A stretch of 64,000 nt of DNA from Microbacteriaceae bacterium (GTDB lineage Bacteria > Actinomycetota > Actinomycetes > Actinomycetales > Microbacteriaceae): NCBI GenBank assembly GCA_965660355.1, contig CBFHZN010000003.1, positions 40,211 through 104,210 on the forward strand, written 5' to 3'. Position 1 is the first letter of the stretch. Each line of letters begins with the position of its first letter. The notes beneath the pieces were generated by a model. That model worked only from the letters and a program-made list of their open reading frames with translations, did not search any database and was not told the origin of the DNA. The position numbers were made by a program, and so were the translations under genes. Of this stretch, positions 37,045 through 44,191 are shown piece after piece.

Positions 37045-37447
37045 AAGATACTTTATCTGTATCTATAGGACCGCCTGCGGCCCAAGTATAGCATGTTCTT
37101 TCACTATGACATTTAAAATTATGCATCCAACAATATCCTAAGTAACCACCATCTTGAACTGAACCAGGCATACACTCTAACATTCTTTCTGAGATATCAA
37201 ATGCAACACAATTCTTACATTTAGATTCTTTAGCTACCTCTACTGTTGTATTCCAATGATCTGCTGCTAGTTCCCAATATCCTTTATCTGTTAAATTAAG
37301 GGGACCATATTTAATATAGTCTGCTTTAATAGCTGAGTTTCTATTTCTAGTGTTTAACTTTAAATCTTGGGTAGGTAAAGGGCAAGCCATTGCTGCCTCA
37401 TATAATTTACCTTCTTTTAAATATTTTTTTAAATCAAATGTATCCAT
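37013..37447 (-). CDS. Cys-rich hypothetical protein with family-B leader (MDTFDLKKYLKEG)
   Basis: The track ORF runs to 37555, but M37 (37447) abuts the upstream stop (37449) and restores the leader shared with two other genes. Cys pattern C..C, CWMH.F.C, TC. Confidence 0.55.
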   Translation of the reverse strand: MDTFDLKKYLKEGKLYEAAMACPLPTQDLKLNTRNRNSAIKADYIKYGPLNLTDKGYWELAADHWNTTVEVAKESKCKNCVAFDISERMLECMPGSVQDGGYLGYCWMHNFKCHSERTCYTWAAGGPIDTDKVSYEWQERKESE

Positions 37448-37448
37448 G

Positions 37449-38129
37449 TTATTTTGTTTTTCCCCATTTAGTACCTTTACCTTTATCTTTACATTTTGCT
37501 GCTGTAGGACGACATGAAGGATATTTTGAACGTTTTTCTCCTTTTTCTCTACCACATGCTTTATATCCTGTTATTTTACCATCTTTTCTAATAGGTGCAT
37601 TACAATCAACCCATCCACCTTTTTTACCAGGTGTTCCTGAGCGTTTGAACCATTTATGGAGTGATTCATCTTCTTGAATTATTTCCTTAATGATATCTTT
37701 TAATTTAGCATATCCCGAGCCATAAGGAGCAGCTTTACCTGCTTGAGGATCATCTACTTCTTTAATATTTTTCCAAATATCTCCTTTTCTACATCTAACT
37801 ACAGCACCTGATTTGTAAGCGGAAGGTTTATCGAATTTACGATCAGCAATGCGTAAGCATCTGTCACGTTTTTTCTTTTTTTCTGTGAGGTTTTCTTTGG
37901 TTTTTATAAAATTTAGTATTTTTATAATATCATCCAACTGTTTTAAAAAGATTTCAAATTCTTGAGGATTGTCTTTTATATATTCTGCTCCTAAATCAAT
38001 AAAACCATTTATAGCATTATCAACAATTAATGTATATCCTCTAAAAAGACTAGGTTTTATTTCTTTTATATCTAGTAAAAGAGAATCTACTTTGTTAGAA
38101 AGAGGTTTTATTTTATCAAAGTTGTTCAT
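37449..38129 (-). CDS. Basic Cys-containing hypothetical protein
   Basis: 226 aa. ..RCLRIADRKFDKPSAYKSGAVVRCRKG.. and a basic C-terminus ..GGWVDCNAPI..YKACGRE..YPSCRPTAAKCKDKGKG. Confidence 0.55.
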   Translation of the reverse strand: MNNFDKIKPLSNKVDSLLLDIKEIKPSLFRGYTLIVDNAINGFIDLGAEYIKDNPQEFEIFLKQLDDIIKILNFIKTKENLTEKKKKRDRCLRIADRKFDKPSAYKSGAVVRCRKGDIWKNIKEVDDPQAGKAAPYGSGYAKLKDIIKEIIQEDESLHKWFKRSGTPGKKGGWVDCNAPIRKDGKITGYKACGREKGEKRSKYPSCRPTAAKCKDKGKGTKWGKTK

Positions 38130-38274
38130 CTTCTATATTAAAGTCTTTTTTCATTTTTTCTATTAAATTAGAAAGATTTTGATTAATTTTAGAAGCTTTT
38201 TGATTTTTTTCCTCTAAAATTATTTGTTTAACAATTTCCTCTTTAATAAGTTGTTTTAATTCTAAGTGTTTCAT
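38116..38274 (-). CDS. Small ORF (52 aa) with family-A leader (MKHLELKQLIKEEI)
   Basis: Hand-translated. Stop overlaps the next gene start by 14 nt. Below the track length cut-off. Confidence 0.45.
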   Translation of the reverse strand: MKHLELKQLIKEEIVKQIILEEKNQKASKINQNLSNLIEKMKKDFNIEDEQL

Positions 38275-38286
38275 GTTGTTATTTTT

Positions 38287-39399
38287 CTACCAAAATCCGC
38301 TAAATGAGCTTTTTAAACCTAATAATTTTGCATATCGAGGTAATCTACATGACCAATAAGAAGGTTTTGTGCGGTCGGTTTTCTCAGAGCATTTATGTCT
38401 TGCTGCAAATGCTTTTCTTGCTTTAGGATCGTTTATTTTTGCTCTTAAACCACCTGAACCAAAACGTACTGTTTTGATTTTTTTGGTTTTAGGGTCACGA
38501 ACATAAACCTTATATGCTTTACCACCTGATGATGAACGCATTGGTTTTCCAATTGGTTTTTTCTTTTCCTCGTTTAAGGGTTCTTTAATATATACCTCTA
38601 TTTCCATAGTTTCATTATTGAAACCCATTTCATATTTTGAGGTATCTAGACTAGAGTATATTAAAGCTCTAAATAAACGGTAACGAGCGGCGTTTAAAGC
38701 TTTAAAGTTAAATGAGCTATATTTTGGTAATATTACTTTAACAAGTATCATACCAAATGTGTTCATCACTTTTTCATCTTCGTATTTACGAGGAATGTCA
38801 TCCGTTGTCCATTCTTGGGATGTTGGATTAAACCATAATAATTTAACACTATTCCCTTTTAAAAACATTAATTTACGTTTAATGCCATGTTTGTCAGTAA
38901 AAATAAATTCATTTCCTAATTCATTAGATTTTATATCATCTAACTTGTATGAATTTTCTATATTTACTGATTCGTATATTTTACCATATACCTGGATGTC
39001 TTCTAAAATTGGCTCATATGGATTTTCATCCTCTATAGGCAAATCTAAAGGTACTTTTTTACCTTCATACATCCCATAATTACCTAAATCTGTCTCCTCT
39101 AGAATTTGCTTATCATCTTCATTCACATGGATAATTTCACGTAAATATAATGAGCGAGCTTCAGCCCATAAATTTAGAAAAGATTGTGAACCATAACGGA
39201 ATGTGTTTCCAGTGAGTGGGAGTTGATTATCCACGTGATAACGCAGATTCTCCGATAAAATTTGTTTAGGAGCTACACTTTCATTTAATACTACTCCAGG
39301 GTTACCTACATCCCCACAACTGTGGCAACCACAGTTACAATCTTTCTTTGTGGGAGGAGTAGATAATACCTCTTTTATTAGTTTTTTTAAACGTTCCAT
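38287..39399 (-). CDS. Hypothetical protein with N-terminal Cys cluster and basic C-terminal domain
   Basis: 370 aa. ..DCNCGCHSCGD.. and C-terminal ..KAYKVYVRDPKTKKIKTVRFGSGG..ARHKC..PSYWSCR... Confidence 0.55.
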   Translation of the reverse strand: MERLKKLIKEVLSTPPTKKDCNCGCHSCGDVGNPGVVLNESVAPKQILSENLRYHVDNQLPLTGNTFRYGSQSFLNLWAEARSLYLREIIHVNEDDKQILEETDLGNYGMYEGKKVPLDLPIEDENPYEPILEDIQVYGKIYESVNIENSYKLDDIKSNELGNEFIFTDKHGIKRKLMFLKGNSVKLLWFNPTSQEWTTDDIPRKYEDEKVMNTFGMILVKVILPKYSSFNFKALNAARYRLFRALIYSSLDTSKYEMGFNNETMEIEVYIKEPLNEEKKKPIGKPMRSSSGGKAYKVYVRDPKTKKIKTVRFGSGGLRAKINDPKARKAFAARHKCSEKTDRTKPSYWSCRLPRYAKLLGLKSSFSGFW

Positions 39400-39400
39400 G

Positions 39401-40855
39401 TTATGATATTTTTATAAATACTGAGCTGAATTTAGTAACTGAGGAAGCATATCTGATTATATCGGATACTATTTCGTTTTGGAGGTTGGGGGATTCATTC
39501 TCTATTATATGAGCTACTAGTGTGGATAGATATTTTGAAACTAACCAGTTAAGATCTTTCTCCTCAATTAAAACTTCCATTTCCCCTTGGGTTGTAGGTT
39601 TAACAATTTGGGAGTAGTTTTGTGTAAATTCTTCTATAAATTTAGGATCTTTGGATTTTATTTTATCTTGTACTTCTTTAGCGGAAGGAAGGAGTGGGAC
39701 ATTATTAAGTTTAAATATGTCATTTATAGCCCCATGCCCTATTTTACCATGAGATGCAGTTTTTCCTGCTATCTCACCAGCAAAGTTTGTAGCAAAATTG
39801 AATGTTCTGAATGTTATCTTTCCATCATCATAAACTATAACTGTATTGTTATTTGTTTCACGTGAATCAGATCCTTCATACTTATACCCTTTAGCATCCT
39901 GTTCATCTATATTATAAACACCTATAGTTGGGGATGTTGATGTTTTCTTTAAAGATACTCCTAATAGCTTATTATCAGCATATAAATTAGCTAATGTGGA
40001 ATTTAATTCCCCAATTTCTGTAGGGAAAGACATATTCAATATGGATTTATCTACCATCCAAATATCAGCGGGGTTCCATTTATCTGATTGAAAGGATAAC
40101 TTTTGGGATTTTTTAGCTTCTTTAAAGGCCTCATATATTCCTTTTACAAAATCAGATCCTCTATGTTGTTGGAAATTAGGGTTTTTATAATTTGAGTATA
40201 AAATATTAGCCGAAGCTATAAAAGTATCTAACCAAGAGGTTTGGGAAGTTATGAATTCTTTACACTCCCCTAATGTTGAAGATACATCACATAATTGATA
40301 AGCGGTTTCTATATTTTCGGGGGTTAAATCTTCTGGAGAGATTTTACCTTTAATAATTTCATAAGTAATTGCATTAACTACACTTTGAGAAGATTCCTGT
40401 ATATCTGTGTTTTTACTTCCCCCTCCCATTCCATATCCACTTCCAAACTCTTTTGTTTTCTCAAAATTACTTAGAGAATATGAATTCCCATCTTTATCAA
40501 ATAATACTTTCTTCCCCCTAGCAAATATAGAATAGTCTTGATTTTGGAGGGATTCAATAGCTTCTTTGGATTTTTCAGGGTCTAAAATAATAGACTCCCC
40601 AGTAGTTAACTCAAATTCTTCCCCACTTTTTAATTTTTCTAAAAATCGTTGCCCTCTATCCTCATATTTTCCTGATAGTTCATGTCTTGATGGAAAAGGT
40701 TTTTGTAGGTCTGCTGTTGATAATTTCACTTCGTTTATCCCTATTTTAACTAATTCATTTTCTAATATTAAAACATCCTTAGGATCTTCCATATTAGGAT
40801 ATCCTTTAGGGAATTTATAAGCAATCCCATTTAAGAATTTAGTTAAAATATCCAT
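39401..40855 (-). CDS. Hypothetical protein; possible PD-(D/E)XK-type nuclease core (weak)
   Basis: 484 aa. ..KWNPADIWMVDK...(about 30 aa)...LLGVSLKK.. resembles a D...(S/E)xK nuclease motif. Confidence 0.3.
   Translation of the reverse strand: MDILTKFLNGIAYKFPKGYPNMEDPKDVLILENELVKIGINEVKLSTADLQKPFPSRHELSGKYEDRGQRFLEKLKSGEEFELTTGESIILDPEKSKEAIESLQNQDYSIFARGKKVLFDKDGNSYSLSNFEKTKEFGSGYGMGGGSKNTDIQESSQSVVNAITYEIIKGKISPEDLTPENIETAYQLCDVSSTLGECKEFITSQTSWLDTFIASANILYSNYKNPNFQQHRGSDFVKGIYEAFKEAKKSQKLSFQSDKWNPADIWMVDKSILNMSFPTEIGELNSTLANLYADNKLLGVSLKKTSTSPTIGVYNIDEQDAKGYKYEGSDSRETNNNTVIVYDDGKITFRTFNFATNFAGEIAGKTASHGKIGHGAINDIFKLNNVPLLPSAKEVQDKIKSKDPKFIEEFTQNYSQIVKPTTQGEMEVLIEEKDLNWLVSKYLSTLVAHIIENESPNLQNEIVSDIIRYASSVTKFSSVFIKIS
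39412..39421 (-). promoter_or_regulatory. Near-exact 10-mer (TTATAAATAC)
   Basis: 12 nt upstream of the ATG at 39399, inside the 3' end of the upstream gene. Confidence 0.35.
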
Positions 40856-40857
40856 TA

Positions 40858-41322
40858 TTAATCTTCTGTTGGTGGTTCCTCTGTTGGTGATTCCTCTGTT
40901 GGTGGAGTATCCTCGGTTGGAGGGGAGTCACCAAAATCACCATCTACTTCTTCATCACTTCTTACCCCATATCTTAAAATATTAGAGAGAGCTTTAGCTG
41001 CTTTTTCTTCCTCAGGTAAGTTTTTCAAATAATATTTTTTACCTTCAATTTGAGCTATCCAACTTCTTTCACCATATATTAAATAAAAATTTTGATCATT
41101 TTTAAAATTGATACGGAATGTAGTTGGGCGTGGAGCTACCCAATCGATTGTTGAGAGGAAGAAATCAAAATCTTTAGTTAATAGATCAACTAATATTTTC
41201 TTTAGTTCTGGGAATTTAGTTAGCTCATCATATTGTATTGCTTCTTGGGAGGTTATTCTTCTATTTGAATATACTTGTTTAGTTAGTACTCGTATTTTAT
41301 TTTTAAGTTGATTAAGATCCAT
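40858..41322 (-). CDS. Hypothetical protein with C-terminal PPTE(D/E) repeats
   Basis: 154 aa ORF, start/stop coupled with its neighbours. Confidence 0.55.
   Translation of the reverse strand: MDLNQLKNKIRVLTKQVYSNRRITSQEAIQYDELTKFPELKKILVDLLTKDFDFFLSTIDWVAPRPTTFRINFKNDQNFYLIYGERSWIAQIEGKKYYLKNLPEEEKAAKALSNILRYGVRSDEEVDGDFGDSPPTEDTPPTEESPTEEPPTED
40862..40923 (-). repeat. Tandem repeat of about 15 nt encoding PPTEDTPPTEESPTEEPPTED
   Basis: tc(t/c)tctgttggtg(g/a)(t/a) repeated 3 times plus a diverged copy. Confidence 0.7.
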
Positions 41323-42284
41323 TATCTATTTTCTTTAAGTTTAGCTAAAACAGCTTCTTTAATTTTATCTTTAAAGGACATACCTTTTTTTATAGATTTT
41401 TTTGGAGTCATTTCTTCATCAATAACATCTTCTTGAGTAGCTACATTAACCATAGCATCTATTTGAGGTTCTTTTATTTCAAAATCAAGATAATGTTTGG
41501 CTGAAACTAGCATGTCTTTAGCTTTGGTGATTTTTGCTTGCCACCAATGTGGGAAATCAACCTCACCATCCATTTTATCAAATTTGTCTAGCATTTTATA
41601 AAGTTCCATGGCATATTTCCCAATACGATATAGGTCACCTTTTAACATATGTGGTTCATCATCAGTATGGCCTATATCAAGATCTTCAGATAAAGACTCA
41701 TTAAATTGGCCCTCAAATCTAGCGTTAATTCCTTTTTTAATGAAAATAGTTTCTAATTCATTTTCAAGTCTATCTATAGTAGATTGATCTCCTTCTTCAG
41801 GAAAGAACCAATAGTCTTCTTGAGGGTTATAGATACCGTAAAAACCGCTTTCTTCAATAGCTTGGTCAATCAAATCATTATCTTTTTTTGATTTACCTAC
41901 TACTATTAAACCAGATCCTTCAAAATCACTACTTGAATTATATGATTCATTAGTTTTCATAGATTTTTCAATAGCTGCTCCCCTTTTTTTCTCATATGAA
42001 GAAAGTTTACCATCTTTATTTAAATCTGCTTTTTTAGGGTTTTGGAGAGCATCTTTAATCATTTCTTTTAGTTTTTCAGATTTACCCATTTTTTCTTTAG
42101 TTTTTTTTCCAGATGATTGTTTTTTAACTTGATTCACGGCAGTACCATAAGCTACTGCCTCTGCGTTACTGCCGTGTTTCTTTACAAGTTTGTCTCTACG
42201 TTTTGAGTCAGTAACGATGGCTAAAAAATTATCATAAATTTTTTTTGATTCCTCAGAATTGAATGCCTCGTTAATTTCCTCCAT
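41322..42284 (-). CDS. Hypothetical protein (EF-hand-like [12 protein letters not shown] segment)
   Basis: 320 aa ORF, ATG overlapping the upstream stop. Confidence 0.5.
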   Translation of the reverse strand: MEEINEAFNSEESKKIYDNFLAIVTDSKRRDKLVKKHGSNAEAVAYGTAVNQVKKQSSGKKTKEKMGKSEKLKEMIKDALQNPKKADLNKDGKLSSYEKKRGAAIEKSMKTNESYNSSSDFEGSGLIVVGKSKKDNDLIDQAIEESGFYGIYNPQEDYWFFPEEGDQSTIDRLENELETIFIKKGINARFEGQFNESLSEDLDIGHTDDEPHMLKGDLYRIGKYAMELYKMLDKFDKMDGEVDFPHWWQAKITKAKDMLVSAKHYLDFEIKEPQIDAMVNVATQEDVIDEEMTPKKSIKKGMSFKDKIKEAVLAKLKENR

Positions 42285-42286
42285 TT

Positions 42287-42457
42287 TTACTTTTTTACTT
42301 CAGATAAAGATGTCTTCTTATATTCAGCTGCTAACTTTTTAATTTCATTAGCTGCTCTACGAGCTCGCCCAGCTGCTGCTTTAGATGTTTTTGCATTTTC
42401 TGTTTCTAAAATAGCTACTTGCTCTGTAATTAGTTCAAAAATTTCTGTTGTTGTCAT
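42287..42457 (-). CDS. Small basic helical protein (56 aa, [56 protein letters not shown])
   Basis: Hand-translated and frame checked (171 nt). Fills the gap, 2 nt from the next ATG. Confidence 0.5.
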   Translation of the reverse strand: MTTTEIFELITEQVAILETENAKTSKAAAGRARRAANEIKKLAAEYKKTSLSEVKK

Positions 42458-42475
42458 AAATTTAATTTTTATTTG

Positions 42476-42495
42476 TTTATTTATTTATTTATTTA
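42476..42495. repeat. (TTTA)5 microsatellite
   Basis: Read directly. Overlaps the stop codon of 42493..43017. Confidence 0.8.
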
Positions 42496-43017
42496 TTCTT
42501 CTCCTCCAATAAAATCACTAACAAAGAATTTGATAGTATTTGATATTTGAGTAGTAAGCTTTTCATTTCCACTTGCTTTAGATAACTTTAAAGATGTCAT
42601 TAAAGAATCCATTATTTCACTATCATCACCTTCCATATCTCCCCCAATAGCCTCTATCTCACTATCTTCATCAGCTGGGGGTTCTGGTTCTTCTTCTGAT
42701 TCATCTTCAGTTTCTTCCTCATCCTCTTCGGCTTCAAAAAGGTCTAATTCATCATCAAATAGATCAGATTCTTCTTCAGTATCTCCTAAAGTCATGACAT
42801 CATCAAACATGTCCTCAGGATTTTCCATTCCCATGTCAATACCTTCTTCATCATAATCTTGATAATCTTCTAATTCTTTTAAAATCATTTCTTTAACTTT
42901 ATCACGAAGATTACCTTCATTTAAGGTATTTGGTTTTTTAGAAGTGGTAAATGGGTTATAATTTTCTACTACTTTATTTTCTTTTAGGTATTTTTTTAAA
43001 TCGAAATTGTCTTTCAT
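42493..43017 (-). CDS. Hyperacidic hypothetical protein with family-B leader (MKDNFDLKKYLKEN)
   Basis: 174 aa ORF with D/E-rich centre. Confidence 0.6.
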   Translation of the reverse strand: MKDNFDLKKYLKENKVVENYNPFTTSKKPNTLNEGNLRDKVKEMILKELEDYQDYDEEGIDMGMENPEDMFDDVMTLGDTEEESDLFDDELDLFEAEEDEEETEDESEEEPEPPADEDSEIEAIGGDMEGDDSEIMDSLMTSLKLSKASGNEKLTTQISNTIKFFVSDFIGGEE

Positions 43018-43031
43018 TTTTTATTATTTTG

Positions 43032-43041
43032 TTATAAATAT
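43032..43041 (-). promoter_or_regulatory. Conserved 10-mer TTATAAATAT (plus)
   Basis: Exact copy 14 nt upstream of the ATG at 43017. Confidence 0.45.
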
Positions 43042-43045
43042 TACG

Positions 43046-43624
43046 TTATTTTTGTTTCTTCAAACCTTCCATATATTTAATACCTTCTTCTAGGGACTTA
43101 TTAAATCTTTCACGATCTATCCCCCCAACCCATTTCTGGATGTCTCCTGCTTCTGTGATGTGACCATTATTGCTTTCGTTAAGGGCATTTTCCATAAATA
43201 ATTTATAATCCTCTATATGGCTGTCTATTTCTTTATTATGTAATTCATTTACATGTTCTTCCCACTTCCCACTAATTTTTAATCGTGTTTCGGTTTTAGC
43301 TCTACAATCCAAACATTCTCCAAAAGATTTATAATAGAAGGGGTCTAACTGTTTATCCATTAGAGTTTTACAATTTGGACAAAATAAAGGCATGGAGGTT
43401 TTTTTAAATTTATCCAGTTTGGTTATATTTTCTTTTATACCATTTTTTATAGTCCAGGTTTTACCATCTTGTTCCCAAACATCCCCCTCACAATAATCTT
43501 TTTTTTCTTCTCCTTTATATCCTACACTTTGGGTTGTTTTACTTCCATTTTTACCCTTAATGATGTTTCGCATACGCTCAACATCACGTTTTTGAAATTC
43601 TTTTTTTAAAATGTTGTCTTTCAT
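43046..43624 (-). CDS. Hypothetical zinc-ribbon protein
   Basis: 192 aa. CPNC...(16 aa)...CLDC. Confidence 0.5.
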   Translation of the reverse strand: MKDNILKKEFQKRDVERMRNIIKGKNGSKTTQSVGYKGEEKKDYCEGDVWEQDGKTWTIKNGIKENITKLDKFKKTSMPLFCPNCKTLMDKQLDPFYYKSFGECLDCRAKTETRLKISGKWEEHVNELHNKEIDSHIEDYKLFMENALNESNNGHITEAGDIQKWVGGIDRERFNKSLEEGIKYMEGLKKQK

Positions 43625-44187
43625 ACCCCTAATTTTTGTAATTGTTTAATAGTATCATCAGCACTTGTATGGAGTATTCCTATACCCCCTTTTAAATTCC
43701 AACCATCTATTGTTGGTTTTCTATCATCTATTAGGATCCTACCTTTTTTTGATAGATCTTTTTTAAATTTAGATGCTTTAAATTTTAATTCTCTCATATT
43801 ATCTAAACGTTTAACCCATTCAGTTTTACCTTGTTTAGATTCATTATGAGATAATTTGTATTTAACATCAGCAGGCAAATCGTGGTTAACTGAGGGGGCT
43901 GTTAAAATGTATGGGTTGTATGGTGAAATATAATCCCATAGTTGTTTACCGTCAGGCATCCATTCTAATCTCTCCCAATACTGTTTTTCGGATATACCCT
44001 TTTCGGTTAAACTATTTCTAAATAAGTCCCAAAAGTGTTGACTGCCTTGTCTATCAGCGTGATGAGTTTTTATCCCTGTTAATTCCTCATATCCCTTATC
44101 AAAATCAACTAATACTCCATCTAAATCACAAAATATTGTATATTGTGAATCTTGAAATTCTTTAAGCAAATCAACTAGTTTTATCAT
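43621..44187 (-). CDS. HAD-superfamily 5'(3')-deoxyribonucleotidase (NT5C-like)
   Basis: 188 aa. The DxDGV motif FCDLDGVLVDF near the N-terminus, and size typical of NT5C. Confidence 0.6.
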   Translation of the reverse strand: MIKLVDLLKEFQDSQYTIFCDLDGVLVDFDKGYEELTGIKTHHADRQGSQHFWDLFRNSLTEKGISEKQYWERLEWMPDGKQLWDYISPYNPYILTAPSVNHDLPADVKYKLSHNESKQGKTEWVKRLDNMRELKFKASKFKKDLSKKGRILIDDRKPTIDGWNLKGGIGILHTSADDTIKQLQKLGV

Positions 44188-44191
44188 AATA

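Noticed and set aside
37448-37555. N-terminal 36-codon extension of the track ORF 37013..37555
   Set aside because: The extension overlaps the 3' end of the upstream gene. The internal Met at 37447 abuts the upstream stop and restores the conserved MDTFDLKKYL leader.
42476-42495. (TTTA)5 microsatellite as a functional element
   Set aside because: It is short and expected in AT-rich intergenic DNA. It could cause phase variation but lies outside a coding frame except for the stop codon, so I listed it only as a repeat.
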